DNA of 64,000 bases from Monocercomonoides exilis PA203 (GCA_001643675.2 LSRY02000052.1:124001-188000); one strand, 5' to 3'; positions 47,650-61,100 are shown, numbered from the stretch's first letter. Notes: generated from the letters alone by a model not told the origin. Made by a program: numbers and translations.

Positions 47650-50299
47650 TTACAACACTTCTCCGCGCATTGCAATGATGATCTTCCCAACAGCACGAGC
47701 AGCAGCGTCTGCACGGCGGAACACAGGAATGCCACGTGCAATAAGCTCAGAGGTGACATGGCGATACAAGTTGCCTGACTCAATCGACACAACAAACGGC
47801 TTCTCCTTCCCAAACTTCTCTTTCAACGCAACAATTCTGTCAATAAACCCGCCTGGTGCATCGACATCTTCGGGATGGCCTGGCCCTTTCTCTCTGACTT
47901 TGAACTGAATTGACTCTGGAACAGTTGTAAGCACTGCTGCGTCACAGCCAGCGTCTGACAACATAATCTCGCAGAGGTCGCACCATCTGTTCTCAGGTAG
48001 CATCGGAGTCACATCCAACACAGGCGAAATATCAATAACACCCTTCAGACCAGCACTGACAAACAACTCTTCGATCTTGGCGGATGTTTCTGGAGACCAC
48101 TGGGTAAGTGCAATAGACGATGGGTTGCCTCTGAAGAGATGGTCTGCCAAGCAGCACTTTTCATATCCTGCATTGCTCACCATTCCAACACCTGCCGCCT
48201 TTGTCATCGGTCGTCGCAGAGCTGAGAATGAAGGCATCAGAGCACAGCACATCAAAATCTGTTCGTATTCCTCAAACGAATCGCACACAACAGCGCCTCT
48301 TCCAGCAGAGCGAATGAGGAACGAGAACATGTCATAATCACCAGCCATTGAGGCAGTGTGACCTTTTGCAGCGTCTTTTCCCTGGGCTGTTCGACCTGAT
48401 TTGTACACAACCACAATAATGCTTAGTTCTGCTGCCATGTGCAGCAACTTAATCAGGCGACGCCCTTCTCCTTGGTTGAAGCCTTCGATGTAGAGTCCAA
48501 TTGCAGAGACGCCATCATAGCGAGATTTTGCACTTCCATCGGGATGCTCTCTTGAATTCATGATGTCCATGATAACATACTCCAGGAAGTCTGTCACAGA
48601 CAAGTCCAGCTGGTTTCCTACAGACACAGACATGCACGGATTAATAATGCCAACTAGATCAGACGAGCGAGAAATAAGCTGTGCTCCACTTTGAGAAATG
48701 ATAACAACATTCTCAGCACCTAAATACGGCATCTTCTTTGCTTTTTCTTCAGCAGGTGCATCAAATACAGCATCTGGAACAAGACCTCCTTCGCTTTCCT
48801 TCATCGTCAGTACTCCAGAAGAGCTCTTGTACTGCGGAGTGAAGAGGGTATCGATGGATCCTTTGGATGTGAACCCGAGAGTATTCGGCCCGCATATAAC
48901 AGGTCGCTTCTCGGGTGTCATGTTGAGTGTGTTGAGTTTCTGCTCCATCTCGTGCTGGATTGCTCCTCCTGTCTCCGTCTCCGCAAACCCTGCTGTGACA
49001 ATCAGCATAGACTCTGCTGCATGCATGTCAAATGATTCTTCGCAGAGCTTCTTTGCAGATCCTGCGCCAACAGCCACAATCAACAGATCAACTGGCTCTC
49101 CTCCTCTCTTCTCCAGCACTTCATTCATTGTCTTGTAGCATGTGCATCCTTCAACCACTTTCTCAGCTGGATGAAGAAGATATATCGATTCCAATGGAAT
49201 TGATCCGTTTTCTCTCGCCTTTCGTGCCATAATTGAACCAGGATTATCTCGACGCTTTCCCGAAGCTCCAGCAATCATAACAGATTTCGGATGAAGCATT
49301 TTCTCAATCTTGCCCAAAGGCTTGGGGATCATAGAAAGTGGCAGCGCTGCAATTTCTTCTGCTGATAAAGCGGCTTTAGAACCACATTCACAGCATGCTG
49401 AAGGTGTAGCTGAAGATGAAGAGTTGTCACATCCATGTCTGAATGTCAATCTTTTAGCTCGAAGAACTCCATCCAAAGCAATTAAATGTCCATCGTGAAC
49501 AGTCGCTGGATTAACTTCAAGTTCTTCCAAACTGAATTTCGAATTTCGATTAAAAACAGAGAAATATGACGAAGCCCATTGAAGTTTTTTAAGTTGATTT
49601 ATTAAAACATCCAATTCCAATCTCTTCTTAGTTCCACGTGCAACACCAGTCAAAATACGAACAAGTGGAAGATTTTCCAATAATTTACGATTTTCGTCCA
49701 AGTTCATATTTGATGGAAGAAATAGATTTGCACGATTCGGCTTCATTTGTTCTTTCAATTCCTCAACAAGGGTACCTCCAAATCCAAGTGCAATCATTGG
49801 ACCAAAGTCATGATCTTGGAAAAGAGAAATCAGAATTTCGTCTCCAAGAGAACCTTTCATTGGGAGCATTTGAACAAATAATGTTCCTTTATACTTTTCA
49901 GGTGGAAAGCGGGATGTAAAATCATTCCATGCCTTATCAGCATCTGCTGGTGTAACATTAAACAATACACCTTTTGCTTCGGTTTTATGAGTCAGGCCAT
50001 CAACAACAACTTTGGCAACAAACTTTTCAACTCCCTTTGGCAGCATTTCTCCAATCTTAGATGGATCTGTTCCAGCTGGTATAAAAATACGTGGAGGTGT
50101 TGGAAGTCCGAGGACTTCAAGGAAATCGTAAACTTCATATTCATCAAGTGCTTGATTTGGGCGCGAAACACATTTTTCAAGAATGCTTTTAAAAAATTCA
50201 AAAAATATGTTTCAACTCTGCTAAAACAAATCTTCATCAAAAATACCTTTCAAGTTTCTCGATTTGCTCTGCTGGAATAATTGGTTGGACGAATTCCAT
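47650..50299 (-). CDS. ADP-forming acetyl-CoA synthetase (acetate-CoA ligase), fused beta-alpha order, 1 intron
   Basis: N-terminal ATP-grasp/beta part (LDEYEVYDFL..LGLPTP, THKTEAKGV, FGPMIALGFGG..VE, ELEVNP..IALD) precedes the CoA-binding/alpha part (PKSVMIAGAS, AGFAE, GPNTLG, SQSGA, SVGNQLD, YIEG, KSGRT..G...GHTASMAG with the phospho-His). Exon 1 starts at ATG 50299. Confidence 0.92.
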
Positions 50300-50337
50300 C
50301 GTTTTACACTTTTTTCACCCATAGCATTATTTGACAA

Positions 50338-53300
50338 ATGCAAATGTGAGGGGCATGATCAAACCGTTGAATTCATTTTTTGATGATTATAAGAAAAGTT
50401 GTTTTCGATTGGCTTCATCAACTCAATGAGAAAATAACAGATGATGGACCTGGTCCAGAAAATGGAACTATATGCCTATCTGCTCTTAGTTCAATGCTTT
50501 TTCAGAATGGAGTTCATTTTTTTGAATTATTCCAAGTTTTGGCACAAAAGACGGATAATGGACAAGCTCAACAACAACTTTTGAAAACAAAAATTGTTAA
50601 GAGTCAAGCTCGTATTGCTATCATGTCAAACTATTCTAATCTTGCTCCTCTTTTTCGTCTTTTCAATGTTAACTGTGATTCGGTACAATGTGAAAGGATT
50701 GCAGATTCTGGTGTGCAGTTTTTTGTTTTATTCTTAAATTTGATTTTGTTCTGTTTTTATGTTATGTATTCTTTTGATAGATGAGGAAATTGTTGCTCAA
50801 CTTCTTGACGCTCTATTTTGTTCAGTTGTGGAGCAATCTCAAGGAAGCGCGAATGGCTCGAAGGGCCTTTCTGGTTTTCATTATCTTCCGGTGGATTATC
50901 CTTCATTGAACGACGAGCTTTTAACAAAAGCAAACACCTGCATTGATTTGCTTATTCTTATTTTTGAAAACAGTTTTCGACTACGAAAAAAAGAAATTGT
51001 TGAACTCATGACAGATAGAATACCTGATCTTCAAGCACTTTTTGTAGATGCAACTGTTGAGCCATTTAAATCTCAAGCACTTCGATTTTTCAGATTATGT
51101 CATCGTCATACGCTCATCTTTGTGACACTATCTCAATCTGACCCACCTTCATTATCATTTCTTCTTCAAATTGAAAGTCTTGGATTAAGATGCAACGACG
51201 ATGCAGTGTTGCGTGCTGCAGCGGATGCACTAACTGAATTAGCAGAAAGTGCTTTTGAGGCAGATGGAATCAAAGAGAGAAATGGTCGCATAAAGACTTC
51301 AATTGCCTCGACAGCAAATACCTCTTATCCGCTCGCATACACCATCCTACAATGGTTCAACGGCGTTTCTGTGCCGTCCATCCAGCAGTTCAAAGAGGCT
51401 TCTCTAGCCCCTTCCGAGCAGTCTGGCTGTGCTGTCTTGACCAACACACTTCACAGACATCCTCTTGCAGCAACACATTTGGCCTCTCTGCTGCTCTGCA
51501 TGGGGCAGCTTTCCTTCACGTCACTCTGCATCGCACACACCCAGTCGATCTTCCACTCCTCCTCCCCGCTCATCGCCGGCTTCAACGAGTGCCTTGTTGC
51601 TGCCATCGATGCACTTCACACGCGCCACAGCGCTTCCTTGCCAGCTTCTGCACTTCATCCGCCCACAACATCCACCTCGTCTTCTTCTGTTGCTGCTGCT
51701 TTTTCTGCATCTGGCGTGCTGTCTGCACTGGCTGACTGGTGTTCTTCACAGGGCACAGCCGCTATGGCTGATCTTCATAGAGAAGTGGATGAGCTGGGCT
51801 CTTCTTCTCTCTCTTCTGCTTTTCAGACAGAGCTGCTTCCGCTTCACCACACGCTCTGCACACTCCACTCTCTTTTATCTCTCCTCCTCCGCATCGAAGG
51901 CATCTTCGCCAATGAAACCGCCACTGACCCTGCCTTCATGTCCCGTGTCGACTCTCTCCTCTGCGCCTTTCTGCGGCATCTCCGGCAGATCATCACAGCC
52001 ACACAGGAAAACACAGAGGGAGACGAATTTGGCAGCAAAGAGTGGGATTCAGGGGCAGAATCAGCTTCTGGCGCTGCCGGAAACCTTTTGTCGCATGTGG
52101 GTGCGATCTGCCAGGCGCTGCAGATGAAAGAGCTGTGGCTCATCAGACAGCTCTGCCTGCAGCTGAATGAGTGGAGCGCTGAAGTCTCAGAGCGAAATGC
52201 CAGTTCACCTTCCCCTTTTCCTTCCCCTTCCCCTTCACATTCGCGTTTGCTCTCACAAAAGACTGAAGAAGACATTCAGGTGCTTCGTATTGCAATCACG
52301 CTGCATCTGAAGCAGTTTCTCGTGCTTGTCACAATCCCCAGCCGAAGTCTGTCATCTCTTTCGCTCTTCAAACAGGAGCAGCAGAATCAGCAGATGACAC
52401 CTAGCTTTTCACCCTCTACTTCTTCTTCACTGCAGCCAGCAGACAGCTCAGCTCCTCTGCTGTCGCTGCTGAGCTCTTTGCTGTGTGAAGACTCGCTTTC
52501 TGCTTTCTCCCCGTTTGCGCCCAGTCTAATTGGTGTTACTTCTCTTGTTCACTCACACTACTTCCTGTCGATCATTGCATCTCGCCAATCATCTTCTTCC
52601 CCTTCTTCTTCTTCACCTTCTTCCTTTTCCTCTTCTTCTCCCTCTCCTTCCTCTGCCTTGTCAACCATCTCCTCAATGGCCTCTCTTGCAGCGCTTCCCG
52701 CAGTCACCCCTTCTCTTCTGTTCTCTTCCACATCCACCCACTTCATCACCCACGTCACCAACGCCCTCACCTCATCTCTTCCTCTCTCTTCCCTCCCTCT
52801 CCTCTCTTCCTGCCCGTTCCCCATACGCTTCTCTTCTGATGAATCCCTTTCTTTCTTGTCTCTTATTTTGTCTGCTTTTCCTCGCGAACTCACTCCTCTC
52901 CCCTTCGCTTCATACCTCATCCGCATCTTCAGCCTCCCTTTGCTCTCAAAGGGAGCTGTTGATCTTCTCTATGCTCTTTCGGTGCATCCTTCGCTCACCC
53001 TGTCGGCTGCTGCTGCATTGGCAGACGCACTTTCAGTGCTGATGCTGCATGAGGGGGTGCAAAAGGCACTGGATGCTGAAGAAAGCGAAGTGGCTGCGGA
53101 AGAAAAGAAGACGGCGGGAAGAATGAAACGCAAGCAGAAGAGAGACGCTGGTTATGGGGCAGATGTGAGCTATATTGAAGGAGAAGAAAGAGAAGGAGAA
53201 GGAGAAAGTGAAAAAGAATACGAAGAAAGCGAAGATTATGTGGAGCATGTGCTGGCGCTCCCGTCTCTTCCCTTTGTTTCCTCTTTGCGCTGTTTCCACG

Positions 53301-56300
53301 CAGCCAGCCTGTTCTTCTGCTTCCTCTGCTGCCGTTTCCACAGCTACCCGCTCATCCGCCGTGTGGTGCTGTCGCACACACAGAAGACGCTCTTGTTTCT
53401 TTTGGCCTCGTCTTCATTCACAACAGCATTCATCGCACATCACCAGGCAACTTCTTCTTCTGCTTCTTCTTCTTCTCAAATGGAAAGAGAAAGTGAACAG
53501 GATCTGCTTCGAATGGAAGGCAGACAGATACACCCGTCGCAGCTGACGTTGAACGAGTTCAAAGGAAAAGCAGATTTTGGTTGGATTCCAAAGACATCGC
53601 AGAGAATGCTGATGAGCACAATTGTAACACTCGGAGCTACTCGCATCCCTCTTCAGTCTATTGGGGTGATTCCTTCACCTTCTGCTTCTGCTTCAGCATC
53701 TTCTGTGCCTAATGCATCGGCTGTTGGTGCTTCATCATCATCATCTTCTTCTTCTTCTTCCTCTGCTTCTGCTTCTGCTTCTGTTTCTTCTATCTCTTCA
53801 GTCGGTGATGGCATGACCAAAGTGCTCCTGAGGCTGAAGGCGACTGCAAAACAGATCTTTTCCTTAACAGCGGAAGGAGGAGGAGGAGACGAAGAAAATA
53901 CCATCGAAAAGCGCAGAAAAGCCACAGAAGAGCTGTCAGACGAGCAGAAGAGGAAGCAAGAGACGTATTTTGTGTTTGAGCAGCTGCTGTCGTTTGTGTA
54001 CAGGGCATCAAAAAGTATGAAGAAGAACATGATGATTCCGCTGAGGGAGGTTCTGCCGTTCATCACGAGAGACAAAGAGAACGAGAAAAAGAAAGAGAAC
54101 AGCAGCGAAAAGGTAAGTGGGGCAGATGACAAGAACAAAGTGGGGAAAGTTAGCAGACGGAATTCGAAGCAAGAGATGATGGCTGCTAACAAGACACACG
54201 AAAATGCTTCTTCTTCTCATTCTTCTTCTTCTTCTTCTTCTTCTTCTTCTAATTCCTTCAGTGAATCCAAAAACCCTGCTGATTCTCTTTTTGTTGACGA
54301 GCTTTTTGCGAGTGACTGCCGCAGCCGGCTGGCGGTGCTTGTGGATCAGAACAAGCAGATGGGCAAGTGGGCAGCATTCAGCACAGCCACAGGAAACAAT
54401 GCTGATGTCTATAATTCTTCTTCTTTTAATTCTTCTTCTTCTTCTCCGGATTCTTCTTCTTCCTCTTCTTCAAAAGAAGCTTCGTCTGTTCTGAATCCAT
54501 TTGCTGGGTACACTTTGAACGACGGGGCGTTTGCGTTGAATCTTCTGACGTCATCAGATCATCGCAAAGTGAGTTTTCGAGGTGTCAGCGGTGCTTATAC
54601 TGGAAGAGAAGAAGGAAGTTTACGCAATTTGGAGAATGAGGAAGAGGAAGATGAATCTGATGATGAGGAAGAAGAAGAGGATGTTGCAGAGGAGGAGAAT
54701 AAGCTGGCTGCGCTTGCTTTGCAAGTTCTGAGGGAGCTGAAGGCAGAAAGCGAGGCATCTGAAAGCAGGCAGAAGAGGAAAGAGGAGAAGAGGAGAGAGG
54801 CAGAGAGGAGGAAGAGAGAGAAAAGGGAGAGGAAACAGAAGGAGAAGAAGGAGATGAAGAGGAGGAAGAGGGAAAGGAGGGAGGAGCTGAGGGAAGAGAG
54901 AGAGAGGATAAAGAAGGAGCTGCAGGAAATAGCAGAGCAGAAGAGGCAGAAAGAGATGGAGCTGAAGATGAAGCTGATGGGGAAGAAGGGAGAAGGGGAA
55001 AGTGCTGATGGGGAAATGGAAGGAGAAGGAGAAGGAGGAGAAGAAGAGGACGAGGCGCTGAGGATTGAGAAAGAGAAGCTGGAAGAGCTGAAGAGGAAGC
55101 TGGAGAAGGAAGAGGAGGAGCAGAGGAGGAGGTTGGAGGAACTGGAAAGGGAAGAGCAGGAGGAAGAGGAAGGAGACAAAGAAGAGATGTTTGACGAAGG
55201 CATTGAAAGCAATGACGAATTGGATAGTTTATCAGAAGAAGAAGAGGAGGATGAAGATGAAGATGAAGAGGAGGAAGAGGATGAAGAAGATAGTGAAGAT
55301 GAAGACGATGATGCATTAGCAGACGATGCATTTGCAGAGATGCGGAGAAGAGAGAAGAGGGAGCTCAGAAGAGCCAAAAGGATGGGGAAGAAAGAAGGCA
55401 AACGGGGGAGAAACGGAAGAGGTGGAGATGGATATGGCAGTGGCTATGAGAACGAGAATGAGAAGAGGAATGGAAATGGAAGAAAAGAGAGGAAAGAGAG
55501 AAATGGGAAGAGAGGAAAGCAGTCAGCGAGCTATTTGAGCGAAGAAAGCGACTCGTCGTTGTCTGTGGATGTGGCAGAGCTGCTTCCGCTGACGCCACCT
55601 GCGCGTTTTGCGAGTGTGAATGAGAAAAGGGAGTTTGAGATTGAGCAGGCGAGGAGGAGGTACCTGCTGAAGCAGCACGAGGCGCGGGTGCTGGAGAGGA
55701 AGAGGCAGAAGGAGAAAGAGAGGAAGGAGAAGATTCAGAGGGAGAAGAGAGACAGGCTGGCGAGGAAAGCAGAGGAGCGGTGGGTTTTGGAGGCGGATGA
55801 GAAGTACAGGGCGAAAGATGCGGCGGAGCGGGCAGAGGCAGAGCAGAGGAGGTTGGAGAGGCAGAAGGAGAGGGAGAAAGAAAGGGAGATGGAGAGGGAG
55901 AGGAGGAAGTGGAGGAGGATGGTGCATGAGAAGAGAGAGCGAGAAGCAATGCTGAATGAAGAGAGGGAGCAGAGGAAGAGGGAGGGGGCTGGGCCTGTCT
56001 TTGGAGATGAAGGGCAAGCAAACGAAGCGCTGGCAAAGGGGAAAATCACTCCTTCTCCACAGAAGTTCCCGTTTAAGACACCAAAAATGGCAGCGGTTTG
56101 GATTTTATTTTTATTTATTTGTTTATTTATTTTAATAAAACTATCTATCTTTTTATTCTGTGTTCATTAAATGAACTGTGCTGATAATATATCAATGCAA
56201 CTCTGAATAAACACATGATTGATGACTTGTTTGTCGATAAACTTGTCTTCCAGTCTGCGGGAGAGCGAGCATACGAGCAGCACATGCAGAAGCTGGAGGA

Positions 56301-57508
56301 AGAGCGGCAGGCGAAGCAGAAGGAGATGGAGGAGCGAGAGAAAGAGAGAGACAGAGAAAGGCAGAGAAGAAGAGAAGAGAACAGAGTCCGACTGGAGGCG
56401 ATGAGAGAGGAGAAGGAGAAGGAGAAGGCAGAGAAGGAGAGGCTGGAAAGGGAAGAAAAAGAAAAGAAGGAGATGAAGGAGAGAATGAAGAGAGAGAAAG
56501 AAGAAATCGAAAGGAAGAAGAGAATGGTATGAGCTTTTCACATATTATTTATTATTTGGAGATATTTTTTCTTTCTTTTTGCGCATCTTATTCTATTCAA
56601 TTAATCCATTTTCATTTTAATATTTAATCGTATTGTGTGTTTTTTCAACATTATTGTTTGTTCTTCAGGAGCAGCTTGAAAAGTACTATCAGCAGCAGAA
56701 AGCTGAAAAGGAGGCAAAAGAAGCAGCGGAGAAAGAAAAAGAAGAGAAAAGGCGCGAAGAAATGAGGCGGATGAAAGAAGAGAACGAAAGGAGGAAGATG
56801 GAGCTGGAGAAGAAGAAAGAGGAGAAAGAGAGGGAGAACAGGGAGAAGGAGATGGAAGAGGCAGAGAGGAAAGAGAAAGAGCTGAAGAAGGAGAGGGAGA
56901 AGGAGAGCAGGCGAAGAAGAGAACTGGAAGAGAGGCTGCAGCAGGCGAAGAAAGAGAGAGAGGAGAAGCGGCAGCAGTGGGTCGAGGAGCAGAAGCAGCT
57001 GCTTTTGAAAGAGGCATCAAAGAAGAAAATGGATGCGTTGAAGCCTTCTGTGGTTGCCAAAAGGAGTAAGGAAATGGATCAGAATGAAAGCACAGAGAAC
57101 GAACAGGAGAATGACGAAGCGATGAAGAGTTATGAAAACATGGAGCAAAAAAAGGAAGATTATGACCAGCCGTTGGAGTATGAAGAGAACGAAAGACAGG
57201 TTGGTGATGAGGGAGAAGCAGCTGAAAATGATGATGAGGAAGAGGATGAAGAGGGGTTAATAGCGCAGCAGGAAGGCATGCCTTACAGCGAAGAGGAGCG
57301 TATGCGTGTGCTGATGGGCAGCGAAATGGCGCAGATGATTGAGCAGCCTGAGACTGAGGAGCAAAGCAATCAACTGACAGACTTAGGGCCATCAGACACA
57401 GATGAAAGCGCAATGGGAACTGGAAACAGCGGTGAGGGAGAAGGCGATGGGTATTTGGATCGTCCGCGTATGGTTGACCAGTCGGAAGATACAAGCCAGG
57501 ATGGGTGA
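50338..57508 (+). CDS. Very large helical-repeat protein with poly-Ser inserts and an ER/K-rich C-terminus; possibly a divergent Scc3/STAG-like protein
   Basis: ORFs 50380, 50759, 56215 and 56633 can be joined by GT-AG introns. A tentative micro-exon ATGCAAAT|GTGAG splices in frame at 50394. Weak collinear similarity to the STAG mid-region. The gene itself is confident; its identity is not. Confidence 0.7.
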
Positions 57509-57800
57509 AAAAAACGAGTTTTAAGAATATTTGCATTTTATTTTTTTTTTTTCACTTATTTTTTGACATATTTTTTATTTCAAATTAAATTTTTCTTGAA
57601 CTAGATAGATTATTAAGTGGGGAAATAAGTTGCTATTTGTTTTATAATTCTTTACTGTGGTAATAGTTTTGTAACTTGAAACATCTTTGTTGTTTTTGTT
57701 GAATCTTATGTTTTTATTGCGTAAAAGAAAACGATTTTTGACATTTCTCATAATTTGCAGAAAACGTTAAGATATCTAATTTTTTGAAGCTAAAGAATAT

Positions 57801-57879
57801 TTCGTTAGAGAACTAATTAATATACAACTCCTCTTTCTATTTGGGATAGAGCTCCGTTTTATGGGCTCAGCCGATCAAT
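57801..57879. repeat. DIRS 3' inverted terminal repeat
   Basis: GAGAACTAAT..ATACAACTCCTCTTTCTATTTGGGATAGAGCTCCGTTTTATGGGCTCAGCCGATCAAT is the reverse complement of 62695-62766. Confidence 0.95.
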
Positions 57880-58087
57880 GTGACGTGAAATTTGTGGTGT
57901 TTGCTGATGTGATGAAAAAGTTAAAAAGAATTAAAAGGTTAGCGTCCAATAACAGGCTGTGCAAATATGCACTGAGGAGTTATATCTTTCTTTTATGACT
58001 ACAAAACACGAAGACTTTCAAAATGCAAGAAAAGGTTTTATTAACTGTTAGTTCCATGGGTGGGAAAAGCTTCGCTTTGTGGAGGGA

Positions 58088-58191
58088 AAAGAGGAGTTGT
58101 ATATTAATTAGTTCTCTAACGAATTAAAAAGCATTAGCTTCTTAATTCTCGAGAACTAATGAAAATACAACTCCTCTTTCTATTTGGGATA
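58088..58191. repeat. DIRS internal complementary region (ICR)
   Basis: The first part is the reverse complement of the 57801 terminus and the second part is the reverse complement of the 62795 terminus. They join at ...CTAACG-AAT-TAAAAAGC. Confidence 0.93.
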
Positions 58192-58194
58192 TCA

Positions 58195-61100
58195 TTAATT
58201 GGGCACGTTTTGTGTCTCCTGTTCCATTAATATTGCGTAGGCTCTTGTTACTACTCTCTCTGTTCGTGTGCAAATATTTCTTGATTTCTTGACAGTTGAA
58301 TGGGAACATGATCGCTTCGAATCCTCTTCCTGATCTTTACAAATATTTTCCTTATTGTGCAGTTTATCTTCAACTTCTTTGACCTCTTCATTTTCCTTAT
58401 TGATATCCTTCTCCTCACCAACGGTCTGCGATGATTGCGACTCTTCGATGTCCATGTCAATGCTCTGTTCTGTAAGAGAGGGAAGCTGTTGTGTTGGAAT
58501 GGTACAATTTGCCTGTAAAGATAGTTGTGGGGAATTAAAAGTTTGTGGTTGCGCCAGCGATAATCCCATTGAATTTGAAGGTTGCTGGCTTTGAAAATAC
58601 TGAGAGGAGGGCTGAAAATTAAACGTCTGAGGTTGTTGTTGATACAGTTGCGAGGGATGTGGTTGAGGTGAAAGGGCCATATCCTGTTGAACAGGAAACA
58701 CGTTTATTGCAGATTGGTTTGGAGCTTGGATGTTTGCAAAAGAAGATCCTTGAGTTATTTGTGCACTCCAAGGTTGTATTTGAGACCCCGTTTGTGGGAA
58801 TGGTTGGTGCTCTGTCAGAACCTGGGCCATCGCTTGAGCAGTGTTTGTTTTGAAGTAAGAATTAGTTGGTGTGTGAGCTGTGGGAGACAATCTGGCAAAG
58901 TGTGCTACCATAACCTCCGGAACTCCAGCGGCAAGGAGAGCAGACAAAGCTGCATGCTTTATAGTGTAAGGCCGAAACGAGGGGTTGATTCCTGCCTGCT
59001 TCATTGCCTCCTTTGCGAGTTTACGAATTCCATCCTTTGACATTCTTGATCCGGTTCTCGTGTTTATTATGAACGTGTCTCTTCCTGGATACAAAACTTT
59101 AATTTGGTTCCAAAGTTCCAATATTGCACGCACTGGACAAACATCTGACTGGATCTCCTTCAGTTTAGGGACTGTGATGAACGATCTTGCGAGTCTTGTT
59201 TTCAATTGGACTGAAAGATGAATTGCATTCTCAGAGATTATCGAATCGTTCATTGAAATGCTCGCCAGTTCTGAAAACCTGCATGCAGTGAATAACATAC
59301 ACAGAGTTATTGATTTCAATGTCAGAGAGTATACGCTCAAAGTCTCGTTGGGCCACAGAGTTCGGAGATAATTGAAAAGGACCCGTGGATCCCATATTTC
59401 CTCGTACGGAGCTCTTTTCTTTTCCTTTCTCATGATAGATCGAAAGAATGTCTTTATTATCGGTACTGTTCCTAAATCGAAAGAGAAAGCACTTCTTGTG
59501 AATAGCGACACTGCGGACCTTGTTTGCTTTAAGCACTGAGGAGGAAAACCCTCATTATCTAAACATATGAAAGTGTCCAAGCACTTCCTCACCCAAATCA
59601 CAGGATCTGACGGTAACTCCCCCATATTCCCCTTGATCCAAGCGTTTGCGAAATGTGCGAATCCAAATGTGTATGTTGTCCATGTTGACGTGGCAACACT
59701 ATTTTTAATGTGTATTATCATGCTGTCCGGAACATTAAGTTTTCGTAGGCCCTGCTCAAACCACTGTTCACCTGCCTTCTTGACTAGGGAAAGCTTATTG
59801 CCAGGTAACCTCCCGGAGGAAGCGCTGCTCCTCTCGCCTTCAGACCCTGCCCTGGTAGTAATATCATTCGTGAACATCTCCATCTCATGAATCGTCTTTT
59901 CCACAGTTGAAGGGTCTGGCTCCAAATCTGATTCGTCCAATCCGGTATCAGAAGAATCATCTTCGCTCTCTCCTTCAACGCTTTCCTCATCGTCTGAAGG
60001 ATCAGTGGAATTGGCGGATGGGCAAGAACCACCTCGCCCTTCCACGGATAGCTCAGACCGTCCTGACATAATCTGCTGCCTGGCCCGCACCACCGTTGAA
60101 GCTTTCTGTTCTTTGCACTTGCAAACGCATCCAGAGTCGGTTTGATCCTGAGGTAGTTGAGTGCCATCTGAAGAGCCTGATTTTTGATTTCGTAATCTCC
60201 CGACTGCTCGAGTCTTGACAGGGCATCTGCCTCCACATTTCTTTTTCCTGCAATATGAACTGCTTTGACCTGGATTCCCTGACTCTCCACAAGTTTCCTG
60301 ATCTCTTTCAATAGAGGTCGCAGATTCTTTCCTGCTCCCCATCTGTTTATGTTGTAAACTACCGATGTGTTGTCCGAGCGTATCAACACCTTCCTTTCCG
60401 ACAGTTTTGCGATATCCTGAGAAAACCTTGCTAGCGCAATCTTGACTGCAAGTAATTCCCTGAAGTTTGACGTTTGGTTTTGAGCAACTCTGTTCAAAGG
60501 GACGTGAAAAATCTTCTTGAGTTGTCCTGATATCTTTACACTTCCTCCGCATGCCCATGGCGAGGCATCTGTTGTAATCGTCACCTGAGGGGAGCCAAAG
60601 GATTGAAGCGTTCTTTGTTTTCTCTTCCTGACTTCGCTTATCCAGAATGTCAATTCTGGAATGATTCCAAAATGAAGTCGACATAGTCCGTTCCATCCAT
60701 TGATGTTGACATTCTTCATTAGGCATTGATAAAGGTTTGTCATGTGTAATGATGCGTCTGTGTGGACAAATCTGGAAGCGCTTATTTGCCCCACAATTGA
60801 AGCAAATCTTCTGACTGAGATTGGACGCCTCTTTATTGTGTTTATCAGTACCATGTAACACTTCTGAACAATGGAGGCAATTCTCTCTTCGTTCAGAGCC
60901 ACTGTCGACTGAATCGAATCCCATTTCCATCCCAGAAAGTTGAATCTTTGCTTTGCCTGAAGTTCGCTTTTCTCCTTGTTGACCATCAGACCAAGTTGGG
61001 AGAACCAATCCATAACCTCCTTTGTTATTTGCTCCAGCTTCTGTTTGTCCTTGTGAAGAAAGAGGACATCGTCCAGATAAGAGATGCAACGAACTTTCCA

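Noticed and set aside
57801-58191. Split direct repeats (Ngaro/PAT type), LTRs or a CRISPR-like array
   Set aside because: The repeat orientations are fully explained by the DIRS1 ITR + ICR layout.
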